Positions 42,560 to 51,766 of a stretch of 64,000 bases of DNA are shown here, one piece after another. Source of the stretch: Gammaproteobacteria bacterium (GTDB lineage Bacteria; Pseudomonadota; Gammaproteobacteria; Ga0077536); the NCBI GenBank assembly GCA_963662545.2, contig CAXXLL010000002.1, forward strand, positions 32,001 through 96,000, read 5' to 3'. Every line of letters starts with the position of its first letter. Position 1 is the stretch's first letter. The translations under genes were made by a program, and so were the position numbers. A model generated the notes under the pieces. That model worked only from the letters and a program-made list of their open reading frames with translations. It made no database searches and was not told the DNA's origin.

Positions 42560-42658
42560 CTTTGCGGTGCTGCCTACGCTGCACCGCAAAAGCACTCCAT
42601 GTCTGCGCCTTCATGTGTTTCTAATGGCAATTCATTAGAAACCAAGAAGGCCATTAAG

Positions 42659-42874
42659 ATGCAAAAAGCAACCAGCAGACTGCCGGAGCCCGGCTACTCC
42701 CGCATTCGTGACATCCTGCACGTTATTCCCGTCAGCCGCAGTCGGTGGTATGCCGCCGTATCCGACGGCCGCATAAAGCCCCCGACAAAACTTGGCGAGC
42801 GCACCGCCGCGTGGCCAAATGAGTACCTTAACGAATTACTCACACGCCTCGAGGCGGGCGAGCGCATTCTCTAG
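42659..42874 (+). CDS. AlpA-family regulator / recombination directionality factor
   Basis: IPVSRSRWYAAVSDGRIKPPTKLGERTAAW resembles the AlpA HTH pattern. Confidence 0.8.
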   Translation: MQKATSRLPEPGYSRIRDILHVIPVSRSRWYAAVSDGRIKPPTKLGERTAAWPNEYLNELLTRLEAGERIL

Positions 42875-42933
42875 AGTGGCTCCGAATGGAAGCACTAATG
42901 CGCGGAACCGACTGGCCCGCGCGCGGCTAAGCA

Positions 42934-43061
42934 GCCGCCGCTCTTAGTGGTCGCAGCACTGAACGCTATTGAGTGACCGCTTCCGAGGGGATTGCAGACG
43001 TAATTCTAACTTGTGATGCACTACCGCGATTAGGCCGCTGACGACCCATAGGAGATATTCG
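42934..43061 (+). repeat. Composite intergenic repeat, copy A
   Basis: GCCGCCG at 42934; GACCGCTT-N8-ATTGCAGAC at 42975; TGCACT.CCGCGAT.AGGC; GACCC at 43043; ungapped match to copies B and C. Confidence 0.8.
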
Positions 43062-43129
43062 GAACTGCGCTATCCTCGACGTATTTATTCATTAGAGCCG
43101 ATTATGGGTGCTACAAAAGGAGTGAATTA

Positions 43130-43987
43130 ATGAACCGTTGGCTAATCGCGTGTGTGCTGCTGTGCTCTTGGATCAGCGTCCCGGCTGAGGAAACGAACGA
43201 ACCGGTGCTCGATGCACCCGAGAATGCCTACTGGCACGCCGGTTCGCAGTCCTGGTTCGTCTCCAGCCTAGGCGGTGGCTTGTCGCTTGAGGTGGATGGT
43301 TATGGCTGGGTTTCCCGTTTCGATGCCGCAGGCAAAATCGTTGAACCGCGATGGGTTGAAAACCTCGATGCGCCAACTGGAATGGGGGCAATGGGCGACC
43401 GGCTCTACGTTGCCGACCGCGGGCGCGTGCACGTCATCGACATCCCGTCGGCGCAAGTTGTCGCGACCATCCCGCTCCCCGGCGCGGAGTTTGTCAATGA
43501 TGTCGCCGTGGGTCCTGATGGCGCAGTCTATGTTTCGGATACCGCGACCAACCGGATTTATCGCATCGTCAACGGCGCTGCGTCGATATGGCTCGAATCG
43601 GAAGAACTGCAGAGCCCGAATGGGTTATGGCTGGACGGTGACACCTTGGTGGTCGCCGCGTGGGGACCGATGACTGACATCGAGACGTTCGCGACGAAGC
43701 ATCTGGGCACGCTGTTGCGGGTGGATTTAGACTCGAAGGCCGTGCAGCCGGTCGGAGTGGGAGCGCCTATCGCCAATTTCGATGGCGTGGTCACGGTAGG
43801 CAATTATTACTACGCCACCGATTGGACAGGGGGACGCCTGCTACGAATCGACCGCGAGGGTCGCGTCACCGTCGTTATGTCAGGCTTCAATCAGCTTGCT
43901 GACCTTGGCTATGACCCCGTGCGGGGGATCCTCGGCCTGCCCGTTATGAGTGATAACCGCTTCATCCTGCTGTTCCTTGATCGATGA
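43130..43987 (+). CDS. Exported SMP-30/gluconolactonase-like beta-propeller protein
   Basis: Signal peptide; LDAPE, LDAPTGM, FVNDVAV, YVSDT, SPNGL, NFDGV; RBS AAAGGAG. Confidence 0.82.
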   Translation: MNRWLIACVLLCSWISVPAEETNEPVLDAPENAYWHAGSQSWFVSSLGGGLSLEVDGYGWVSRFDAAGKIVEPRWVENLDAPTGMGAMGDRLYVADRGRVHVIDIPSAQVVATIPLPGAEFVNDVAVGPDGAVYVSDTATNRIYRIVNGAASIWLESEELQSPNGLWLDGDTLVVAAWGPMTDIETFATKHLGTLLRVDLDSKAVQPVGVGAPIANFDGVVTVGNYYYATDWTGGRLLRIDREGRVTVVMSGFNQLADLGYDPVRGILGLPVMSDNRFILLFLDR

Positions 43988-44070
43988 GGGCAACGTCTGA
44001 AGAAGAGTCAGGACATTCGGAAACACGCAACGGTATTTTGAGTACTCAAACGTTCGCTTTTTGGCCGACT

Positions 44071-44358
44071 GCCGCCGCCCTCCCTCAGTACTGCTTTGGA
44101 AGCAGCGGGAGGACCGCTTACGAGCGCATTGCAGACGTAATGCTTAGTAGTGCTGCACTGTCGCGATCAGGCCGTTGACGACCTATTCTGTTGAAAAAGT
44201 CCGATTCGCCGTCGGTCGCGACGTGTGCAGAAAAACCGACCGCGTAGGATCGCCTGTAAACGACGATCGGCACTCCGGGAACGGTTTAGCGACCCCCAAA
44301 TATATCGAAATCGCATGCGGTACGACTTTTTCAACACAATAGACCCTTTGCGGTCGCT
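44071..44358 (+). repeat. Composite intergenic repeat, copy B (interrupted by a MITE)
   Basis: GCCGCCG at 44071; GACCGCTT-N8-ATTGCAGAC at 44112; GACC at 44180. Confidence 0.8.
44184..44341. mobile_element. 158-bp MITE (type A), copy 1
   Basis: Inverted ends TATTCTGTTGAAAAAGTC / TATTGTGTTGAAAAAGTC (17/18 match); 4-bp duplication GACC. Confidence 0.85.
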
Positions 44359-44504
44359 CGAAGTAATTCGCGATGGGCGTGGGAATTACCACATCGCCGT
44401 CTCAGTCCTGTCCCTACACTGACTTCCAAGAATCACATGGAACCCCCAATGCGGGCCGCGAAACGACCGTCGAGCGCCCCGGCAATGACTTGAAAGAGAG
44501 GACC

Positions 44505-44618
44505 ATGAGCACATTCAACGACCGGATCTCTGCCGCCACCACCACGCTCACAACGATAGCCCTCATCGCCCTTATAAGCTTCGGGGTAAGCGCGAGTCTG
44601 ACGCCGCTTGTCATCTGA
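44505..44618 (+). CDS. Small (37-aa) single-TM protein
   Basis: RBS GAGAGGA; MSTFNDRISAATTTLTTIALIALISFGVSASLTPLVI; downstream hairpin CCAAGGCA...TGCCTTGG at 44647-44668. Confidence 0.5.
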   Translation: MSTFNDRISAATTTLTTIALIALISFGVSASLTPLVI

Positions 44619-44696
44619 ACACAAGCTCCGCAACGAATATTTAGGGCCAAGGCAAAAACTTGCCTTGGTCACGTTCACGTCTGCTTCTCGCCGAGA

Positions 44697-44986
44697 GCCG
44701 CCGCTCATCGCGGTCGCACCGCATAGCGCAACTCGACGACCGCTTATGAGTGTATTGCAGACCTACCGCTTAACAGTGCTGCACTGCCGCGATGAGGCTG
44801 CTACCGACCTATTCTGTTGAAAAAGTCCGATTCGCCGTCGGTCGCGACGTGTGCAGAAAAACCGACCGCGTAGGATCGCCTGTAAGCGACGATCGGCACT
44901 CCGGGAATGGTTTAGCGACCCCCAAATATATCGAAATCGTATGCGGTACGACTTTTTCAACACAATAGACCCTTTGCGGACATTCG
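44697..44986 (+). repeat. Composite intergenic repeat, copy C (interrupted by a MITE)
   Basis: GCCGCCG at 44697; GACCGCTT-N8-ATTGCAGAC at 44738; GACC at 44806. Confidence 0.8.
44810..44967. mobile_element. 158-bp MITE (type A), copy 2
   Basis: Near-identical to 44184-44341 (3 substitutions seen by eye); GACC duplication. Confidence 0.85.
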
Positions 44987-45027
44987 CAATAACCGACCGC
45001 GCCTTGAAAACATCACTGCGTCCTGCT

Positions 45028-45300
45028 TTAAAGAAATTGAGCAACACGTTTGATATGCCCATCTGCGCCAAGCTCCTCGAAGAGCCGGTGAGCCTCACGC
45101 ATTTCGTCGTCGGCCGTCCACTCGCAATCGTAAGCCTCGGCGAAGGCCGCGCGGCATTCGTGCAGGAAGGGTTGATAAACGATCGCACCGGTCTCGTTTA
45201 TGATTGCTCCGTTTCGTCGAGCACCTCGCGCGCACCCTTGTGATCGATGTCTCCGATTCGCACGCGCGCGAGCGCCAACCAGGGTTGCAGCGTCCATTTC
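45028..45300 (-). pseudogene. Degraded C-terminal remnant of a TPR/ATPase-cyclase-type protein
   Basis: ...INETGAIVYQPFLHECRAAFAEA...EMREAHRLFEELGADGHIKRV* resembles C-termini of such proteins; upstream frame is broken. Confidence 0.35.
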
Positions 45301-45449
45301 AAGCCGCGCGGGCGGGAAAACGCCACCGCGTCTTCGGCGCACCGCCGCGCCTCACCGCCTTTCCCGCATGCCAGGTTCGCGGTTGCCAGGAACCCGAGCG
45401 CTGCGCCCCGGAACCAGCCACTTGCCCGAGTTTCGTCCGCGACGCGCAG

Positions 45450-45780
45450 GCACTCGCAGATGCCATTTCTAACCTACAGCAAGAAACTCGTCGTCAAGCG
45501 GTGACGATCACGCCAGTTCAACTGGCTGGCAACGAAATCTATGAGATCCTCAAGAAACGCCTCATCGATGAGATGCCTGACGAGCGGGTGCTCTCCGATG
45601 TAGCTCGAGAGTATGTCCAGCAGATCAAAAAAGCCGAAGATGGTGGCTACATCACGGCAACCGGCATTGAGCAAATCGCTGCGCAGGTTCGAGAAACTTA
45701 CCCGTTCCATCCGTCCTTCAAACACCTAGTGGCACTTTTCAAGGAAAGCAAAGGATTTAGGCAGACGGGCGGATTGATGC
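45450..45780 (+). pseudogene. Internal fragment of a DUF499-type ATPase gene
   Basis: QETRRQAVTITPVQLAGNEIYEILKKRL...TYPFHPSFKHLVALFKE..GFRQT.GLM; no credible start or end. Confidence 0.6.
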
Positions 45781-45984
45781 ATCGTAGACGCCTTCGTTTC
45801 GATGTCGTCTAAGTATCCGCGCTTTTTGAATTGGCTTGAAGTTCTTGAGTATTGGAAAGAGAGATCTGGTGACCGAGCAGGGGGCAGAAAACAGAAAGAC
45901 AGTAAAAGGACGGAAGAGGTGACGGAGGGAACAATTTTAATCCCGCCGTCGCCCTTAATAATGCCTGCTCGCAGCCTGCTATTT

Positions 45985-46368
45985 TCAGGATGACGGGCTA
46001 TATCGATCTCCATTGATGATGGCGATTTTGCGGACGTTCTCCTGCATCTCAAAGGTTCCGGTAAATCCTTTTTTCAGCACCAGTGCCTGGCCCGGGTAAA
46101 ACTCCTCGAGATTTCCGTGCTCATCGGTAATCAAAATCTTGCCGCTCAGCAGATACATAAATTCATCGTGTGGATAATCTTCGAGCGCGAGCTTTGCCGG
46201 TTCCGCCTGGTAGGCGCCGACGAAGAGTTCATCGTGGGTAAATTGCCAACGTTGATGTTCGGACTTGCCTGACAGCACCACTTCGTCGGGGTAGGGGGCA
46301 AGCTCGTTTAAACCCAGACCGGCCAGTTTTTCCGGGTCCAGTCGGATCAGATTGTTGTTGGTTTTCAT
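45985..46368 (-). CDS. Cupin domain protein (DUF861/EutQ-like)
   Basis: DEFMYLLSGKILITD, PG..LVL.KGF.GT; RBS AAGGAG. Confidence 0.82.
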   Translation of the reverse strand: MKTNNNLIRLDPEKLAGLGLNELAPYPDEVVLSGKSEHQRWQFTHDELFVGAYQAEPAKLALEDYPHDEFMYLLSGKILITDEHGNLEEFYPGQALVLKKGFTGTFEMQENVRKIAIINGDRYSPSS

Positions 46369-46394
46369 TGTGTTGCTCCTTTCGCCCGTTTCCG

Positions 46395-47027
46395 TTATGA
46401 CGATGCGACTTTGACTGCAAACGTTCGTCCACCCTCATTGGGAAGTCGCTCGATCATGGTTTCCACGATGCGGGTGCCCCGTGCTTTTGAATAACCTTCG
46501 GGATTCAGCAATGCCGCTATGCAGACGCCGTCCAGGACCGCGAACACCAAATCCAGAACATCGTCCGACGACTTGTCGACAAGGATTTCACCGTCATTGA
46601 TCGCGTCATGAAGATAAGACTTCAGCAGTCGGCGATATTCGTTTCTCTTTTTCTTATAGTCCGTTGCCAGTAGCGGATCGCTATTATTGCGAATGCCGAA
46701 ACACATCGACACGAATGCGACACTTTCGGGTCGTTTCTTGTCGGGAATGAGCGCTACGAGCGCGTTTCTAAGTCGCGTCAAGCCCGATGAAACAGCTTCA
46801 TTTGATTGCAGTATCCGGTCATTGGCATGCTGATATGCGAGATTGAATGCATATCTGAGAACGCTGTCTTTATCGCGGAAGTAGTGGGCGAACACACCGG
46901 TGGTGAACCCTACCTCGTCGGCAATATCCCGTAATCGAAGACGCTCGATCCCGACATCCTGTACTGCCGCCCACGTTGCCTGCGCGATCTCCGTTCGTCG
47001 CGCGTCGTGATCTACCAATTTCGGCAT
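46395..47027 (-). CDS. TetR/BetI-family transcriptional regulator
   Basis: MPKLVDHDARR..I, LRDIA.E.G.TTG...HYF.DK. Confidence 0.9.
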   Translation of the reverse strand: MPKLVDHDARRTEIAQATWAAVQDVGIERLRLRDIADEVGFTTGVFAHYFRDKDSVLRYAFNLAYQHANDRILQSNEAVSSGLTRLRNALVALIPDKKRPESVAFVSMCFGIRNNSDPLLATDYKKKRNEYRRLLKSYLHDAINDGEILVDKSSDDVLDLVFAVLDGVCIAALLNPEGYSKARGTRIVETMIERLPNEGGRTFAVKVASS

Positions 47028-47081
47028 ATTTCACTGCTCATCGAAGACAATGTTCGTCGGTATCCAATCTATCGGTTCTTG

Positions 47082-47111
47082 TTTTATTATAATCATGATT
47101 ACATAATAAAA
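47082..47111. promoter_or_regulatory. Putative TetR operator palindrome
   Basis: TTTTATTAT-AATCATGATT-AC-ATAATAAAA in the divergent promoter region. Confidence 0.45.
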
Positions 47112-47113
47112 GA

Positions 47114-48498
47114 GGGTCTACGCGGAAACGTGTGGGTTGATATTGGCATTTCTGGGTAGTGGCGGAAGAAATGCCGCAATGATTTTCAGTTTGAGGAATT
47201 CCTCATCACGATAGCCATAGGCGCGTCGTTGCAGGACCCGGATTTTGTTGTTGACCCCTTCGACCAATCCAAGACTGACTTTATTCTTAGCATCACAATA
47301 GGAAGCAATGCCATCCCAATGGGATTCAATCAGCTCAGCAAACTTGCGATACGGCGCCAATCGCTGCCATTTCAGACTGTCCTTCCAGCGCTCGAAAAAG
47401 GCACGCGCGCCGCGCTCGGTACGGTAGTCCCAGAGTTGGCCGAAGGTTTCCTTGAGGACGTAGGCGGTGTTCAGACGCCGGTTGGCCTGGAGCAGTTTTT
47501 TCAGGGCTCGTCTGCCATCCAGATTCAGGTTCTCGCGTCGCGAGAGCAAGGTATATCGCTGGCCTTTGATGTAACTCCTGTCCTTGCCGCGGAGACGTTT
47601 GTATTCACGGCGCCGGACTTCATCGAGAGCCTTTGAGAGGTGGCGCATGATATGGAACTTGTCATAGATGATCCGCGCCTGCGGTGCGTTGTTCATGACC
47701 GAGTTACGGAACGGCTTCCACATGTCCATCGCCGCCAGTTCGATGCGAGCGCTCTTGTTCTCGCCCAATGCCTGGAAAAACAGGTCGATGTCAGCCTCTT
47801 TGCGACCTTCACCACCGACCCAGATAGGACGCCCCCGATCCAGGTCACTGACGATGACCCGGTAGTTATGTCCTTTGCGGATGGAGATCTCATCAATACC
47901 GATGGCCCGGGGTGCTGGCATGCCCGCCAGCTCAACCTGCTTTTGCATGTACAGCTTATCGAGGTCTTTCACCGTGCTGTGGTGCAGGCGTTCCCTCTCG
48001 GCGACAGCCTGGTTCGGCATGTCCCGGCACAGCTTGCCCACCTGCATGGCAAAGCGCTGCGTATAGCGAGGGTTCTTTGCCAGCCAGTCAAGATGTTCTA
48101 CCTGCACGCCGCCGCACCTCCGGCAACTGACACGCCAGCGTTCGAACTCCAGGTAGATTCGCCATCCGGCAACTGACAGGTCTCGTACTCGCAGCACCTT
48201 CTTGTCGTAACGCCCGCGGCACCGGTGAGCACAGTGAGAACAGATCGCTGTTTTTTTCGCCTCTTGAGTTGGATCACACGGGCATACCGATCACCAAACA
48301 TGCCCACCAATTTCGATGCGGCGGTAAAACCAGGGAACGCAAACAGCGCTCGGATCGACTTGGGATTCTTCATGGCCTTAGCCTACCCACAAAATGAAAC
48401 CACTTTCACCCCATACGAAATCTCTGAATGTCTACATGATTTCAATGGTTTACACTTGGTCTAATTCAGAATTTACCCACATGAATCCGCGTAGACCC
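47114..48498 (-). mobile_element. ISL3 family insertion sequence
   Basis: Ends GGGTCTACGCGGA....TGTGGGT on both sides; 8-bp duplication ATAAAAGA at 47106-47113 and 48499-48506. Confidence 0.92.
47118..48373 (-). CDS. ISL3 transposase, two ORFs joined by a probable -1 frameshift at A7C (48250-48257)
   Basis: IGIDE, MDMWKPF, DKFH, EGVNNKI motifs; the frameshift restores a CxxC...CxxC zinc finger. Confidence 0.85.
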
Positions 48499-48575
48499 AT
48501 AAAAGAAAAGATGATGTCGACACGATGAGCTTCATCGTCGAGGTCAAAACTCATGAAACGCGAGCCGCCCACTAG

Positions 48576-49874
48576 ATGACTATGAAAACAACGCCGCTGT
48601 GGTGGGAAGACAGCCTGCCGGTGCCGCTGGCCGACACCGAGCTGCCACAGCGCGTCGATGTCGCGGTGATCGGTGGCGGGTTCGCCGGCCTCAGTGCCGC
48701 GCTTGAACTGCAGCGGGCCGGAACACAGGTCGCCCTGATCGACAAACAATGGCCCGGCTATGGCGCATGCTCCAGAAACATGGGATTGGTAGTTGAGCGC
48801 GTCGATGGCAAAACGACCGGAGAACTGGACGCTGACCTACATGGTGTGCCGCGACACGAGTTGATTGCCGAAGGACAGCGCGCTTACGATTTTGTGCTGC
48901 ACCTCATAGACCGTGAACAAATCAGCTGCGGGTTAAGAGATCGCGGCAAGCTCGTACTGGCGACCACAAAATCTGCCTATGACAAGATGGCCCGGTATCT
49001 CGATCGTCACGAGAAAGTTTTTGGTGCCAACGACGCCTACATGATCCCCAGGGCCGACTTGCAAAAAGAAATTGGCGGCGAAGCGAGTCGCTATTATTAC
49101 GGCGGCAAGGTTCTCCCGAATCATCACGATCTGAATCCGGGTCAACTGACAGCCGGACTCGTTCAGGCGTTAACGAACACGGGCGCTTCCATCTGCACTG
49201 CCACTGAGTGTCTCGCGATGGAACGTCTACCGGATCATAAATTCCGGCTTAAGACCAACAAGGGCGAGACGGTCGCGGAACAAGTCGTTGTCACGACGCA
49301 GGGCTATTCCGGTGTTGGATCCGGCTCTCTGCGCCGTCAGATTTTTCCTTTTTTGGCTCACGTCGTTGCAACTGAACCACTCGACGCGGACCTGCTGAAT
49401 GAGTTGCTTCCGACCTTGCGTGGTGTTGTCGACACTAGACAGATGTTCTACAACTTCAGGCCTTGTGATCGAGAACAGCGGTTGCTGCTTGCTTCCAATT
49501 ACCTGCGAACGGATAGCGACGACGCTCAGGCGAGGAGAATACTTAAATCCTACAAGCGGCTGTTTCCACAACTGGAACACATCGATGCTGAGTATTGCTG
49601 GCACGGCAACCTCGCATTAACGGCTGATAGTCTCCCGCATATCGGTGCCGATAACGGCATCCATTATTGCGCGACGGGCAGCTTTTCGATGGCGCTTTAT
49701 CTGGGTTCCAAAATCGCGGATAGAATTCTTAATTATGATGATGCGCAAAGCGTACTCGACCGTATTCCACTACCCAATTTCCCTCTTTATAACGGCAACC
49801 CTGGATTGCTCTACGTCCTGTTGAGGCTCGTTTTCAACACCCTTGATGTCGCGAAGGTCGCCGCGCCGAAATAG
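48576..49874 (+). CDS. FAD-dependent oxidoreductase (DAO/PuuB-like)
   Basis: VDVAVIGGGFAGLSAA, GACSRN.G, ATEPL, W.G....T.D.LPHIG. Confidence 0.85.
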   Translation: MTMKTTPLWWEDSLPVPLADTELPQRVDVAVIGGGFAGLSAALELQRAGTQVALIDKQWPGYGACSRNMGLVVERVDGKTTGELDADLHGVPRHELIAEGQRAYDFVLHLIDREQISCGLRDRGKLVLATTKSAYDKMARYLDRHEKVFGANDAYMIPRADLQKEIGGEASRYYYGGKVLPNHHDLNPGQLTAGLVQALTNTGASICTATECLAMERLPDHKFRLKTNKGETVAEQVVVTTQGYSGVGSGSLRRQIFPFLAHVVATEPLDADLLNELLPTLRGVVDTRQMFYNFRPCDREQRLLLASNYLRTDSDDAQARRILKSYKRLFPQLEHIDAEYCWHGNLALTADSLPHIGADNGIHYCATGSFSMALYLGSKIADRILNYDDAQSVLDRIPLPNFPLYNGNPGLLYVLLRLVFNTLDVAKVAAPK

Positions 49875-49918
49875 CGGAAACTTCTCGCTGTTATTTAACT
49901 TTCCGGGAGCACGCTTGA

Positions 49919-51766
49919 ATGTTGTTACCACCCTATGACCCCCGTTTGATCATTGATCCATTAAGCGACGAGGAAATCGCAGGCGTCCCGGGCGCTGTTG
50001 ATCGCGGCCGCGAGGACATCGACCCGGTGGTGTTCTCGGTCGTTTACGCCCGGCTCGACGGCATCTTGAGCGAGATGACCGAGACTATCCTTACCACCGC
50101 GCGCAATCCCATCCTCTACGGCGCCAAGGATTTCACCTGCACGGTGATGAGTCCGCGCGCCGAGGTGCTATCCATGCACGACTGCCTTCCGATTCATGTC
50201 GGTACCATGGACCCTCCCCTTCGATTCCTCATCCGGGTGTTCGGCGAGGACATCCGCGAAGGCGATGTGTTCGTGAACAATGCTGCTTATGCGGGCAATG
50301 CACACGTCGGTGACTGGACCATGTTCGCACCTATTTTTCACGACGGCACGTTGGTGGCGTGGGCGGCCAACAAATGTCATTTGATTGATCTCGGGGCGCA
50401 CATACCGGGCAGTGTCGACGCCAGTGCCAGGGATGTTTACGAGGAAGCCATGCATTTCCCCGGCGTGCGCGTGTGCCGGGACCACAAGCCAATTGAGGAT
50501 CTGGTGCGATTTCTTGGCTACAACATTCGCTACCCGCAACACTGGTACGGTGATTTTCTGGCGCAGCTCGGCTCGTTGTGGACGGCGGAGAAGCGCATCA
50601 AGAGTCTCTGTGATCGCTTTGGCATCGATGTGGTGAAAGGCTGTTTTTCCGAAGCACTCAACTATGGCGAGCGCCGCATGATCGATGTAATCGGGAAGCT
50701 CCCTGTGGCCGATATCGAGGTCAGCATGATCGGGGAGATCTTCGAGGGGTTCTTTCCCGAAGGGGTCCCGCTCAAGCTCAAACTCAAGGTGATGCCTGAC
50801 GAAGGACGTATCGAGTTCGACTACACCGAGATGCCGGATCAACAGGCGTTCGGCTACAACCTGACCTATGCCACCGCGCGTTGTTCAGCGCTGCAGGGCA
50901 CGTTGCCGGTGCTCGACCCTGACATACCGACTAACGACGGTGCCTTGAAACGCATCAACGTGAAGCAACGCGAAGGGGCGCTCGCCGGGATCCCGCGCTG
51001 GCCGGTCGGTACGTCGCTGGCGACGATTGCGCTCTGTGACGAAGTCACCAATCTTGTGCTCAAGGCGTGGTCGCAGATCTTGCCGGAGCGAGCTATGGCC
51101 GGGATGGGTGAGTACTGCGCGGCGAACTTCATTGGTTCGGGGCGCAGCGCCGCGGGAGAGGATTACGCACACGCCTTTTATCTCGCCGCGAGCGGTGGCG
51201 GTGCGACCGGAAATCACGATGGTCTGCCCCACATGTTCGGCGCGTGCATCATGGGCAACATGGGCTACGAGTCGATCGAACAGCTGGAAATGGCGCGACC
51301 GTTCTACGTGCGAGAAGTCAGCGCGATCGCGGATTCCGGCGGCGTCGGCAAGTTCCGTGGTGCGGTCGGTGTACGTCAGCAGATCCAGCCGCGCGATCAC
51401 GTGATGAACATTAACTACGGTGGCTCGGGTCATACCTGTCCTGCGTTTGGCATCGGCAACGGGTCGCCCGGAGCGCTCGCCGATCACTGGGTGGAAGACG
51501 CGCTGAGCGGCGAGACGCTTACCGCACTCAGAAATTCAGGCAGCACCAATATTGAAGCCTCTGAGGTGTGGGTTGCCGACACCGGCGGCGGCGGAGGGCA
51601 CGGCGATCCGAGATCGCGCGATCCGCAAGCGGTGCTGGACGATGTGTGTGACGGTTTCGTCACGCTTGAAGCGGCAGAGCGTATTTACGGCGTGGTGCTG
51701 GTACCTGCTGACAACGGCTATCAGCTTGACGAAGCGGCGACCAAAACGCTGCGAGGTTCAGACTGA
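49919..51766 (+). CDS. Hydantoinase B/oxoprolinase family protein
   Basis: EM......TA.NP, DF, GDVF..N....G..H..D, DSGG.G.FRG, GGGG.GDP. Confidence 0.9.
   Translation: MLLPPYDPRLIIDPLSDEEIAGVPGAVDRGREDIDPVVFSVVYARLDGILSEMTETILTTARNPILYGAKDFTCTVMSPRAEVLSMHDCLPIHVGTMDPPLRFLIRVFGEDIREGDVFVNNAAYAGNAHVGDWTMFAPIFHDGTLVAWAANKCHLIDLGAHIPGSVDASARDVYEEAMHFPGVRVCRDHKPIEDLVRFLGYNIRYPQHWYGDFLAQLGSLWTAEKRIKSLCDRFGIDVVKGCFSEALNYGERRMIDVIGKLPVADIEVSMIGEIFEGFFPEGVPLKLKLKVMPDEGRIEFDYTEMPDQQAFGYNLTYATARCSALQGTLPVLDPDIPTNDGALKRINVKQREGALAGIPRWPVGTSLATIALCDEVTNLVLKAWSQILPERAMAGMGEYCAANFIGSGRSAAGEDYAHAFYLAASGGGATGNHDGLPHMFGACIMGNMGYESIEQLEMARPFYVREVSAIADSGGVGKFRGAVGVRQQIQPRDHVMNINYGGSGHTCPAFGIGNGSPGALADHWVEDALSGETLTALRNSGSTNIEASEVWVADTGGGGGHGDPRSRDPQAVLDDVCDGFVTLEAAERIYGVVLVPADNGYQLDEAATKTLRGSD

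Noticed and set aside
42934-44986. Integron (attC array) or CRISPR interpretation of the island repeats
   Set aside because: No RYYYAAC/GTTRRRY core sites or IntI-type integrase seen; the repeats are long, diverged and 0.6-1.1 kb apart, with no cas genes.
44183-45243. ORFs beginning MQKNRPRR or containing VEKV on either strand
   Set aside because: They are read-throughs of the MITE sequence.
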